Positions 25,408-37,888 of a DNA stretch of 64,000 nucleotides are shown in pieces. A program made the translations under genes and the position numbers. This DNA is from Octopus sinensis (Eukaryota). The notes under the pieces are model-generated. The model was not told the origin of the DNA. It saw only the letters and a list, made by a program, of their open reading frames with translations, and did no database searches. How positions within the stretch are numbered: position 1 is the first letter of the stretch; each line of letters opens with the position of its first letter. Where the stretch lies: the NCBI RefSeq assembly GCF_006345805.1, contig NC_043006.1, positions 63,240,001 to 63,304,000 on the forward strand, written 5' to 3'.

Positions 25408-25553
25408 GATATCTGTTGTGTTTCGAGTCCGTTCAGCTCAAAGAATAAAGATATCAGACGCAGATTTAATAAAAAGGCTGGTTATCATAGTTTTGATATT
25501 CGCAGCTTTTCTTTCTGGACGAACAATAGCTGGACGTCCGAGAGTTGTAAAAG
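25408..25553 (+). CDS. GPR158-like: GPCR exon D: ICL2-TM4
   Basis: tttacag|G ATA...AAA G|gtaagt, 146 nt, phase 2-1. Completes the R codon and encodes ISVVFRVRSAQRIKISDADLIKRLVIIVLIFAAFLSGRTIAGRPRVVK. Confidence 0.95.
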
Positions 25554-26178
25554 GTAAGTTTGATAATCTTACTAAAACATACCAAGAAACAAAAGAGATC
25601 CTAAAAAAACTTATTTAAAACAAAAACTGTGAATAATATCATCCTAGATGCATTCATTTTCTCTGAAAATAAAAAACAAATACGACACAAATTAAGATGT
25701 GAGACTCTTTATATTTATTTATACCTAGTTGCTTATTTAGTTATTTAGCGTCTAATGTTCGAGTCCCATGACTGTTTGTTGACAATTTTTTACACCTTGT
25801 AAAGGTAATTTATCCAGTATTTCTGTATTCTAATGACAATTCTGCGTTCGAAAAAATGATGTTATTTTTATCGTACAATACACCTTTCGATGCTAATAAA
25901 AATGTTAGTCTGTTTATATTTATATAAAAACAAATGTTAAGAGTTGAAAGATTTTGGCCATGACTGAAGATATATGATTAAGCAACAACCAATAGATTAA
26001 GCTAATTTATTAACTGAATCAGAAAAAATGCCTTCCTGGATAGGACCTCAGAGCAGGTAACATCGCAAATTATGCCTAACGTCTTCTAAAGTTTTTCGAT
26101 CAAATATTCTTGTCCACAGACAAAACGAAGTCAAGAGAGCTACGAATGAGATTCTACATGACCGCGCAGTCTGCGATA

Positions 26179-26684
26179 TCTATATATATAAAACTCTAGT
26201 TGTGTGAGTGTCTGGCCCCTTCGATTTAGATTCCTAACTCCTCCCACATTTTGCGGTGCAGTTTAACCAAATTCGGGTATCTTATAGTCGTGATTCATAT
26301 CGAGCCCGTCTGACTATTAGCGCGCGTCAACGATGAGTCTACGATTTTAAAAATAATTTAACATCATTTTTTATTCCATTTTAATGCATAAAATGCATCG
26401 TATGTCGATGGCGGCGGAGTTGGCGTCCACGCTCACAGCTGCACCTGTTTGCTTCTCCCCCTTCCCTCCCTCGTGAAGCTGTGGGGAAGGGAGTGTAAAG
26501 AAATCAACGTCGTAATGCGTTGTGAAGGAAACCAGCGTTCTTTTAGAACAACGACTTCATGGCTTGAAGACACCAAAATAAAAATGGCTAAGAAAGCCCG
26601 AATTTATAAGGGAAGTAACTCTCTAAAAATGCTTATATCGTTATTTCCCTTACAAACCCGAGCAACGCCAGGCGATACTGCTAG
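26179..26684 (+). mobile_element. Non-autonomous Helitron, complete
   Basis: A|TCtatatatataaaa 5' end; 3' hairpin cccgagcaacgccagg followed by CTAG|T; AT target, no TSD. Confidence 0.8.
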
Positions 26685-26745
26685 TATCTTCTAAATCTTT
26701 CAAATTCTACGAAACTATCTAATAAGGAAGACTGCTTTACACACT

Positions 26746-27138
26746 CTTTTACTCTTACTGTTTTACTTGTTTCAGTCATTTTACTGTGGCCATGCTGGAG
26801 CACCACCTTTAGTCGAGAAAATTGACCCTAGGACTTATTCTTTGCACTTATTCTACCACTCTCTCTTGCTGAACCGCTAAGTTACGAGGACGTAAACACA
26901 CCAACATCGGTTGACAAGCGATGTTGGGGGAGCCAAACACAGACACACAAACATACACACAGACATACATATATACGACGGGCTTCCTTCAGTTTCCATC
27001 TACCAAATTCACTCATAAACTTTGGTTGGCCCGAGGCTATAGCAGAAGACACTTGCCCAAGATGCTACGCAGTGGGACTGAACCTGGAACCATGTGGTTC
27101 GTAAGCAAGCTACTTACTACACAGCCGCTCCTGCGCCT
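26746..27138 (-). mobile_element. SINE family C (tRNA-derived, internal microsatellite)
   Basis: Reverse complement of ggcgcaggagcggctgtgtagtaagtagcttgc...ggttcagtccc (B-box)...ttgggcaagtgtcttct...gctccagcatggcc. Confidence 0.85.
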
Positions 27139-27758
27139 ATACATTTTTCTAAAAACATGATCGTTATAGCTGGGATGCTATAAGTCAATTCATTATTTGT
27201 TCAGTTAAAACTTTCAAATAATCAAACATGTCAAATTAAAAAGTAAGAGAAGATTGGCGGGAGGAAAGTGAAATATAATTCGAATAAGATTCCAGTCGCC
27301 AAATGAAAATCATCTTTTAGTATTGTAAAGTGAATGCACTCTATAGAAGAAGCAAAATTACTGCCAAAACAGAAGAGACTTCACAGCTCCAAAGTTTTTC
27401 TGTTTTGTTCTGTTTGTTTTGGGGTTGTTATTGTAGTTGTTGTTGTCGTCGTTGTTGTTGTTGATTTATTCTTTGTAACTGCTGAAATCTTTCACCTACT
27501 AAGGTTTCTGTAAGATATGAAACCGTTGAGAAACACGTAAAGAAATACGGAAAGACCGGAAAATAGAATCGCATTAATTTATGAAGATCCAGTAACAGAA
27601 TTTTGTACAAAGCAGGCTATGACCTTACCTATGATAACTGAAGATAGAAAATAAAGGACAATATAGTATATGCGTCTGGGTTAGGATGTATATGTATATA
27701 TATGAATGCGCACATATATATGCGTATCTATGTGCGTATATATAAATATATATACATA

Positions 27759-28154
27759 TCTTTATATATAAAAGAGAGGTTGTGTGTGTGTCTCCTACGA
27801 TTTAGGTTCCTAACTACTCACACATTTTGCGGTGCAGTTTAACCAAAACCGGGTATCTTATAGTCGTGATTCATATCGAGCCCTTCTGATATTAGCGCGC
27901 GTCTACGATGAGTCTACGATTAAAAAAAAAATTACCATCATTTTTTTTCCATTTTAATGCATATTTTCGCTATTATATAAGGGAAGTAACTCTCTAAAAA
28001 TGTCTACGATGAGTCAACGAATTTTTATAAAATTTACCATAATTTATTTTCCATTTTTAATGCATTTTTTGCTATTTTTTGGCTATAACTCTCTAAAAAT
28101 GCTTATATAGTTATTTCCCTTACAAACCCGAGCAACGCCGGGCGATACTGCTAG
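27759..28154 (+). mobile_element. Non-autonomous Helitron, complete, same family as 26179
   Basis: A|TCtttatatataaaag; shared 5' about 200 nt; ends cccgagcaacgccgggcgatactgCTAG|T. Confidence 0.8.
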
Positions 28155-29539
28155 TACATATATATATTTAAAAATATATATTGTGTATGTATCTATGAAT
28201 ATATATATATATGAGAAAAATAAGTTCAAAAAGAACAATTCAAACACTTTGGGGGATCCAAAAAGATAAAAAAATTATTTCTAATAAAGATTCATCATAT
28301 TCATAAAAAAAACAGCCAAAGCAAGTAATAAGAATATGAAAATAATATTTGAGGAATTTCGTTATAGGCATAAAAATATACCATAAACAAGTATTTTTAA
28401 AAAATGAAGAAAAAATGTTGAATCAGAAATAGATTTATTACAAAACTGGATTCAGTGCATACGTACGTTTCGAAAAACAATGCAAATGCGTAAGAAAATT
28501 TTTTTTATTCATAGTAATTATAATTAAAATTATGCATTGTCATTCTCATCAGTATGAGGAATCCCCTGAAGAACATCAAGAAAGTTTATTAAGATGAAAT
28601 TTAATAAAATAGAATAAAAATAAAATAAGATACAATAAGAGAACACAGATGGGGCAGTCAGGGAAAATCGGATAATTTACAAACCAAGTTGGGAAAGGGT
28701 AAACATAACAAATATAATAATATTAGTGAGAGAGACGATAAAGAAAAATACAAAGAAAGGCATATCAATGTGTATGCAAGTCTATATGTGCAGTAAAACT
28801 ATAACATAAGAATCTAACGGATATATATTTTTAAAATAGTAACAGGTCGATACGAAATGCCATGTAAGCAAGGCCACGTGTGCACAGTAGAGTACAACGT
28901 AAAAAGCCATACAGAGGTATACGTATACATAATAATAATGAAAAACGAAAAAATATATACATACATATATATATGTGTGTGTGTGTGTGTGTGTTTGTGC
29001 GTGCGTGTTTGTGTGTAAACATACATATACATATATTCATAATTGTATGCCAATGACACAAAGGAACCCTGGTAATGGCTCAGACGTATAGCAGGGTTTC
29101 GATACTCTCTACAAGTGGGCTGGACATAATCATGCGCAATTTTATGGTAGAAAATTCCAAGCCTTTTGCTATCAGCCCAGAAACATTCCACATCGACGAT
29201 ACACAAGACTTGGAGGAAATGCAGTTCTAGAATCGCAATTGGTACACTGCCAGTAGATAAATATAAGTAATCATGAATACTTCTTTTCATGTACACATTG
29301 CAGAGGCAGCAACATTGGGTAAAGAGAGAGCGAAATGAATTTTCAAATCACTCATAATAAGAGAGTTAGAAAGCCTGCTTCGTGTATGGAGAACATTTTT
29401 CTCAATTCGTCTAGACTAACAACATTAGATTCTGGTTTAGCTGTGCTTCTAGTTCCTTATTAAGAGCATCCTAGTTAATGCCTTTAAACCACATCATGTT
29501 CATGCAGGGACCGCATCAGATACCCGGTGGGAGGACACT

Positions 29540-30610
29540 GCGAAACTAAAAGGATGTCTATGAAGACGAAATACTAGCAGATCCTCGCAATACCACCGGT
29601 AGGAGCAGTAGCAGCTGTAGACACGAGAACAGAATCAGAAACATCGCTACCATCGCCACATTAGCAACAATAGAAATAACAGCACCAGCGACAGCATTGG
29701 TAGTTCACACGACGGCATCGACAGCAGTAACAACAACACTAACAACAGCAGCATTGCCGCAGCACCAGCATTGCCAACAGCTTCCCTAACGTCCACGGTA
29801 GCAGACCTGACAACCTCTATAGCAGCAGCAACAGGCCCAGTGCCACCGCCAGCTATAACGGCAATAACAGCAGCAGCAGCGACAGTGGCCTTAGCAGAAA
29901 CACCAGCGGAACCACAGCCAATGACACTTCTAGCAACAATGGCGTCTCTCCCACCAATGACGAGGACCTCAATAACAACAACAGCGCCTTCACCATTACC
30001 AGCAGTGTCGATACCATTACCGACGCCACCACCACCAGTGACGTCAACACCAGCAGCCCCAGCTCCAATGACAGCGACAGCAGCAACAACAATAGGTATA
30101 GCACCGACAACACACGCTCATGTAGATGCTTTGAATCTCTCCAACCACAGGTCCTCCTTCGGAGTTCTGAAAAGGAGATACGTAACGTCACTGGCCAGCC
30201 ACATCTGGTAGCTAAGAGACGATGGGATTCCATGCTTGATTTCATTGAGAATCTTCGAGAACCTAGGCCCCTACATCAATGGGACGAACCGTTGCAAGTT
30301 ATGAATAGCTGAACACGCGATAATCCTAAAAGACTCACTCGAACCAGGGAACATCCTTAACTCCAGAACGAAGATTCTCGAGCCAGGTTTACATTTCAGG
30401 AGGTCCGGCTAGCTTTTTAGAGCCCGCGAGCTGGCGAAACACCCGGAAGCAATAGCCAATAACAAAGGGTGATAATACCCAATTGTTACCTTTGAGTAGT
30501 GAGGCTTTTCCTCCTCCATATTTTAAAGAGTTCATGAGCCAATATGTTTTGAGATCTGAGGATACGCCATAAAGCAACAACCGTTATGGACGGGAATCCT
30601 AAAAGGTGAT
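29540..30610 (+). other. Unassigned GC-rich, coding-like island (Thr/Ala/Pro-rich low complexity followed by a decayed frame); possible retroelement ORF1 remnant
   Basis: ORF 29771-30211 (TSTVADLTTSIAAATGPVPPP...) with GCA/ACA/CCA triplet periodicity; the frame continues with stops to about 30610. No recognisable domain. Confidence 0.35.
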
Positions 30611-30691
30611 CTCATGTGCCGACCTTCCCCATTTTAATATATATATACTGCTCTACATCTTATGCTTCTTCTTTCGAAATTGTTTTTTTTC

Positions 30692-30776
<85 letters not shown>

Positions 30777-31454
30777 GAAAAACAGAAAATTTGTTTTACA
30801 GGATTCAAGAGTATATTAGAGCCATGATAATAAAGATATCATAGAATTTTGTACAAAATAAGGTTTTGTTCTTTCAACATAATTGAAGGACCAGTTTCGC
30901 ATTGCTCATCAAACTGTGAGGCGAAAGAGATAAACTGCTAGGGAAAAAATATTGCTAGAGAAGATAATTGTTCACTCATTTATTTTACAGTAAATTTTTT
31001 TATTTTTTGTTTTTTTGTGTGTTCTCTGCTTTATTCTGGTTTACATCTTCCATTAGATAGGGTAAGCCCTTTATTCTTAATATCGTTTCATATGTAATTC
31101 TGATTTATATTTTTGGATAAATGAGGCTTCTTTATTCAGGCTTACTTGTGTTGAGGTCAAGAAGGCAAGTTGATAAAATGGGAAAATTTCGGATTGTGGT
31201 TGTAATCGTTCTGCACATTCGTCAATGTGTTGACTGAAGTATATTTGGCGATATTGTGGGGAGTAAATTTGTTGTCGCTGGACCGTACATCTCTTTCTGA
31301 TTGAATTTCCCGTTGAACCAATATAATTTCGATGGCAGCTCGAGCTTGAAACCTGTAAAACAAATCTTTTCATCTTATCTCTTTCTCTATTTATATCCAC
31401 CGCCTGTGTTTCCTCACTTAAATGTTTTCTATATTATATTTATATATATATATA

Positions 31455-31652
31455 TATATAATCTTGCGCTATATCGCGGTTCACCTATTGCGGTTTATTA
31501 TTTAACTTGTGTCGGTTCCTCCGTGTAGTTTTGCATTTATGATAAAATAAATATTTACAAATAATAAAAATAATTTTTAAAAATATAGAAGTACAGTACC
31601 TATCGCAGGAGTGCTGGAATGCCACAACCGCGATAGTCGAGGGTTAGCTGTA
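31455..31652. mobile_element. Probable Tc1/pogo-type MITE, degenerate
   Basis: Right end ccgcgatagtcgagggttagctgta; partial left match tatcgcggtt at about 31470. Confidence 0.45.
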
Positions 31653-31659
31653 TTCTTTT

Positions 31660-31883
31660 ATACCTTCACCTGTTTCAATCATTTGACTGCGACCATGCTG
31701 GAGCACCGCCTTTAATCAAACAAATCAACCCCAGGACTTATTCTTTGTAAGATTTAAACTTATGTGATATGTATTTTTGCTGAACCGCTAAGCTACGGGT
31801 ACGGAATCATAACAACACCGGTTGTCAAGCGATGGTGGAGCGACAAACACAGATACACAAATACATACATACATACATACATG

Positions 31884-31924
<41 letters not shown>

Positions 31925-32070
31925 TTCGATTTCGGGCACGTTAGGGCGGCGGAGCAACGGGCGACCGTGCTAGCCGCAGTTTGCCATCTTTCGGGTTTTT
32001 ATATATATACATGACAAGTTTCTTTCAGTTTCTGTCTACCAAATCCACCCACAAGGCTTTAATCGACCTT
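31660..32070 (-). mobile_element. SINE family C, interrupted
   Basis: catgctggagcaccgcc..ccccaggacttattctttgtaag..gaaccgctaag..caacaccggttgtcaagcg; resumes at about 32005 with tttcagtttctgtctaccaaatccacccacaaggc. Confidence 0.75.
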
Positions 32071-32140
32071 CTTCCTTAAGGTTGAGAAGTAAACTTCTTT
32101 ACCACGGAGCCTCTAATGTCAGAAACAAGTAAGAGATAAA

Positions 32141-32177
<37 letters not shown>

Positions 32178-32684
32178 TACATATATATATATTTTATCTT
32201 TTACTTGTTTCTGTCATCTCTTTTACTTGTTTCTGTAATTCATAAAACTAAGATTTAAATTTTATTTACTTGAGGCACTTTCACCTCTCCATCAATCACC
32301 GGCTTGCTCGCGACCTAACTTATTAGTCGCATTCTCATTCACTAATCAACAGCTAGTTGTTATTAAAGATTAGTTGATGAGTTCAGTGTCTTAGGTGACT
32401 TCTCCAAGACGTTACAGGCGCCTTGAAGAGCTATTGTTGTTTACATTCTTTCATCTCATTTATCCTACATCTCTTTGGTGACTAATATTTTCTCTTTCTT
32501 TCTTCTGTTTTCTCCCTATCTCTTTGTTCCTCTCTCTCTCTCTCTCTCTTTCTCGTATACATATATATAAATATACTTATATAGATATACGTATACATAT
32601 ACATACATATAGACCGGAGTAAACACATAAATGTGAAACAAGGTGGAAAAAAGAGTACTCAAATACCAGTGGTAGAGTAATATG

Positions 32685-32776
32685 CTTTATTTTAAGCAGC
32701 AGAAAATTCAACAAAATCTGTTACTCTGAGTTTCTCGTAACAGATTTTGTTGAATTTTCTGCTGCTTAAAATAAAG
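32685..32776. repeat. Perfect 40-bp inverted repeat with 12-nt loop
   Basis: ctttattttaagcagcagaaaattcaacaaaatctgttac / gtaacagattttgttgaattttctgctgcttaaaataaag, checked base by base. Confidence 0.97.
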
Positions 32777-32837
32777 TATACATACATATATATATATATG
32801 TGTGGTGTGTGTGTGTATATGTATATATATATGTATG

Positions 32838-32932
<95 letters not shown>

Positions 32933-32937
32933 ATAGT

Positions 32938-33289
32938 GTACATTTAAACACAATAGAAAATGCCTTCAACAGGCAGTTTTTACACACTAGAAGTAGTCAA
33001 AATGACCAAAACCACATTTAAGAGCAATCTTCAAAAGAAATGAAAGATAAAAACTTTTACCTTATTTTATGGCGCTGTCACTGATGAAAAACTTCTCCTT
33101 ACAAATTATGTTATTTGCTAAAAAATTTTAGAAACCTCGGCCTTACCGGAATAAAATAACTAGGTAAGTTTTTATTTTTCATTCCTTTTGAAGGTTTGCT
33201 CTTAAATGTAGTTTTGGTCGTTTTGACTACTTCACCTAGCGTGTAAAAACTGCCTGTTGAAGGCAGTTTTCTCTTGTATTTAAATGTAC
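32938..33289. mobile_element. MITE with about 135-bp TIRs (GTACATTTAAA termini)
   Basis: gtacatttaaacacaatagaaaatgccttcaacaggcagtttttacac... pairs with ...gtgtaaaaactgcctgttgaaggcagttttctcttgtatttaaatgtac. Confidence 0.88.
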
Positions 33290-34436
33290 TTTTTTTATAT
33301 TGAGAAGATATTGTCTATTGAATTTTTATATATGCTAGGCCACTGATGGTGAATTTTCAAGAAACTCACCACCCTATATATATTTTATGTATATATATGC
33401 AAACATATATACTCATATATATGTATATAAGTGAATAGATGGGTGTGTGTGTATATATACATATGCTGGTCACTGTTAAAATTCTTCAATTTTAATGATT
33501 TTATCCTTTAATTAAGTTTATATACATACATTCGTACGTATGTACATACACATACGCATACTTGTATCTCCCTCTTCCATATTTCTTTCCACTTAGCCTT
33601 ATCCAATAATATTTACTTTCTATACATTCGATATCAATGTAACAAACCATCTTATATGAAATACTAAACTCTTGGTCGTTGAAATTCATGGGCTAGTATC
33701 AATTGCCGGTGGAAGCCAGTTTAATGCACTATGAGTTTTATATCTATTTAGAAAAGCTTAAATCCTATTCTTCTCTGCACTAAATCTGTGACCTGAAATC
33801 TTTCTAAAAATCAATATGTGGCGTACGTCGCGTACGTCGCGTTCACAGATTTATGTGTAATGTTTATAATATTCTTATCAATACCACATAATGTATGTGT
33901 TTTTATTGTGCGTTCCTTAGATTTGGGATTGCACAAGGAGAAATTATATTGCTATCCAGTAGCTAAGTAGCGCATAAACAAAACACATGCAATAACTACA
34001 TGGTATCGATTATATTTGCATTATCGGAGCTGCTTATAATTCAAAATTTAATTTTGTTTTCTCTGTGCAACGCTGTTGCACATCAGCAAATACACTCTAC
34101 ACTATTTGCATATATATTACAAACCAATGATCGCAAATCGTTTGGAGGTAACGCGAGTGCACAGTATTGAGAGTGCAGAAATACAGCGAAATATCAATAT
34201 CTCCGTTCTCGATTACCTACGGAAACGATTTGTCTTACTTGGCGTCGTAAAGGTACATTTCCCCTGGTGTTATTTAAGGAGCGCATAAACAAGACACATA
34301 CATTAAGTATGTGATATCAATAATAATTGTAATATAAGAGCTATTTATAATTCATGATTTAATTTCATAGTATTATATTATTAACGTATGAGATCAATAT
34401 CTGCACTCGGTATCCAAAAGTCAGGTCGGAGATCTC

Positions 34437-35050
34437 ATTATCTTTTTATCTTTTATTTGTTACAGTCATTAGGCTGCGGCAATACTGGAGCACCAACTCG
34501 AAGAATTTTTAGTCGAATGAATCGACCCCAGTACCTTAATTTTTAAGCCTGGTACTTTTTCTATCGATCTCTTTTACCGAACCGCTATGTTATGGGGATG
34601 TAAATACACCAACACCGGTTATCAAGCGGTGGTGAAGGACAGATACAAATACACACACACATATCTCTTTTACTTGTTTCAGTCATTTGACTGCGGCCAT
34701 GCTGGAGCACCGCCTTTAGTCGAGCAAATCGACCCCGGGACTTATTCTTTATAAGCCCAGTACTTATTCTATCGGTCTCTTTTGCCGAACCGCTAAGTTA
34801 CGGGGACGTAAACACACCAGCATCGGTTATCAATCAATGCTAGGGGTACAATCACAGACACACAAACATATACACATACACATATATATATATACATATA
34901 TACGACAGGCTTCTTTCAGTTTCCGTCTATCAAATCCACTCACAAGGCATTGGTCGGCCCGGGGCTATAGCAGAAGACACTTGCCCAAGATGCCACGCAG
35001 TGGGACTGAACTCGGAACCATGTGGTTGGTTAGCAAGCTACTTACCACAC
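34437..35050 (-). mobile_element. Two tandem SINE family C copies (partial 34437-34645, near-full 34664-35050)
   Basis: Reverse-complement match to 45287-45727. Confidence 0.85.
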
Positions 35051-35152
35051 ATGTATGTATATATATATATAAACAATAAATTAAATAGAGACATACAAAT
35101 GACAATCCAATAATTTATTTATATTATAACATAAAATATTATGAGTATAATA

Positions 35153-35236
35153 TACTATGGGCTTGTTTCGACTTATATACATTTTTTGATATATAAACAA
35201 TTTAACTCCATTATATATAAGCCTCATCAGGGCAAT
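35153..35236 (-). ncRNA. Degenerate hammerhead ribozyme-like motif in a Penelope-like terminal remnant
   Basis: Minus strand: CTGATGA Ggctt...aagtC GAAAC aagcccata GTA. Stem II and core intact; stem I not recoverable. Confidence 0.45.
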
Positions 35237-36149
35237 TGGTGTGTAGGTAGACGAAATTCCGTGTGAATAATTGTTGGATAATTGCTTATGCATAATGAGC
35301 GTGAGCGTTAGCCATTCAACTACATATCAATTACATTAAAAATTTAAAAAACAACAAAATTATAACGGACAAAATAAGTAAGTAGAATCTACAACTATCG
35401 AGATATATTTCTGTATATCCTAAATAACATCAGTCCAAACTCATTTATGTCTAAGACAATCTTTCGTTATCATAATAATATATATGTATAAAATTAAGTA
35501 TCAGTGTCTTGCTTAATCTAGAAACTGTAATAAAACGTGTAAAAATATATAAATAATAATCATATTTTTAATATATAATAACTCTTCTATTTATTTAAAG
35601 TTATTGATACAAAAAATTGTTTAAAGTAACTAATAAAAAGTATTCCATATTTATTATTTATCGGAGGAAGAATTCCGTAATAAATATGAATAGAAACTTA
35701 ACAAAAACTTTCTTTTACTTAATTTATCGTAGGGAGAATTGGGTAATAAATATGAAGATAAATTTGGAGCTACAAACACTATTACAAAAATATCCCATAT
35801 ATATAGATTTAGGCTATATTAATGGATATCAAAATATTATACAATACTGTAATAATTATCACAGTGGTTATTAAATTTAGTTAATTAGTTAAATAAAACT
35901 ATTTATTTTTATTATCATTATTATTGTTATTGTTATTGCTGTTGTTGTTGTTGTTCTTATTATTATTATCATCAATTAATTAATAAATTAAATGAATGTA
36001 TACATATAACTATTTAGTATAATAAAGACATCTTATTTGTAATATGTAATTAATATTAAATTACTAATATAACGATGTATATTACAGTAACTACAAGAAT
36101 GTGCACTCCCGCCAATAAACCATAAATATAGAACACTTTTTATTAGAAA

Positions 36150-36159
36150 GAAGCCCGTC

Positions 36160-36191
<32 letters not shown>

Positions 36192-36440
36192 GTGTGTGTG
36201 TGCGTGTGTGTGTGTGTAAGTGTGTGTATATATTTGTGTGTCTGTGTTTGTGTCCCCACGCCGACATCGCTTGACAACCGATGGTGGTGCATTTACGTCC
36301 CCGTAACTTAGCAGTTCGGCAGAAACAATCGAGAGAAGAAGTACTAAGGCTTACAAAGAATAAGTGATGGGGTCGATTTCCTCGACTAAAGGCAGTGCAC
36401 CAGCATCACCGCAGTCAGTTGAATGAAACAAATATGAAGA
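36150..36440 (+). mobile_element. SINE family C, 3' portion
   Basis: agaagcccgtcg(TG)n...gcttgacaaccgatggtgg...ggggtcgatttcctcgactaaaggc. Confidence 0.8.
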
Positions 36441-36449
36441 ATAAAAGAT

Positions 36450-36488
<39 letters not shown>

Positions 36489-36884
36489 CTTATATATATA
36501 TATATATATATCGTCCCCAATATATCGCCGATTTTTCTGGCTGATATATGTAAATTTATATTGCAGGTTTCTATGGCCGAAAAGTATTTATGACTTTTCA
36601 GATTTTAATTATTTTTGTGATAAAATACGCACTTTCACGCCTAATAATTGATGAGATACAGTACTGCACTGTATAACACATTAATTAAAATATATTAAAA
36701 GAAAACACGTAGGGTACCGTAGATGAGAAATCAAAGAATCCTATATCTATCCTATATACTCGAGAGGCGAGTATGTGGTGTTGTATTGCATGTATGTAAA
36801 ATTGTGAATTTATTTCAAGCAGTACCATGTCATCCAAACGTTCTTCATCCAAACGTTCTACAGCGAGCCCAAGCGCCATGAATT

Positions 36885-37830
36885 TGTGTGTGCCTTATAT
36901 CTAGTCTTAAATTCAATCGTACTCCTCCCATGCAAGGAGCGGGTGAACCAGATAATGTCTTTTTTTATTCACTAAGGGGTGAAACCTCAACTTTATATAT
37001 AACATTTCTCCCTAAACAGAATCCCTTTAATGGGCATAATTCCCGGTTACGGCAATCACATGTTTTATTTCCATGCTTTGCCTTTATATTTTTAATATCC
37101 GGATTCTTGTTATTATTCATCATATTAATGTCAGCTATATTGTCACCTCTAACAATACTATTATTTCTAAGTTTAAATCTATTGTTGGCCGCAATTAATG
37201 ATCCTATGTTGGACGTGGGTGAATACGATAATTTAAGGCAGGATCTATTAAAGATGGAATGATATTTATGGCCTGATAGGAAATTCCTGTCAATAATTCT
37301 AAAAAATAATTTGGGGAGGTTTATGAATCGGAGGGAAAAAGGAGAGGTGAACCAGATAATTTCCCGTTTTCTCAGACTTGTTCCTACTCTGCCCAGTGTA
37401 GTTATTATTATTATAATTAAATGAATTATAGTATCTTCTATCATGGTGTCGGCTCTTATGCTCGGGGGAGTTGCACATGGGAGGAGTTGATGTTTAATTT
37501 CGCAATATTTGGAAAAAGTTTACCTAATTTATCTTTAAATATTGTATTCTTAATATAATACATCTTATTAAATTCACTGTCCTTCGCTGCTGTATTGTAT
37601 ATAGAAGAATCCAGTGTTATAAAAAATCTTTTCGTTTGCAGATAAGTTAGAGATTGATATCGACACACCTTTGACCACCCCATTAATAACACTTTGGGGG
37701 AGATTTGATAAGTCGGGGATATATTTAATGGTTTTATTAGGCTTATATTAAGGCTAAAATAAGCTATTATCTAAATTTAACGTTAAGTCCAAAATGATTA
37801 AGACATTTAGTGACATTTTCAAATATGATA
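36885..37830 (-). mobile_element. Penelope-like (Naiad-type) C-terminal region with GIY-YIG endonuclease, decayed
   Basis: ORF 36965-37444: RKREIIWFTSPFS...HKYHSIFNRSCLKLSYS...CDCRNRELCPLKGFCLGRNVIYKVEV, then EFKTRYKAHTNS. These match the RKR.IIWFNPP, CNC...CPL.G.CL and FK.RY..H motifs. Confidence 0.85.
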
Positions 37831-37844
37831 TCTAAGTAAACTAT

Positions 37845-37888
<44 letters not shown>

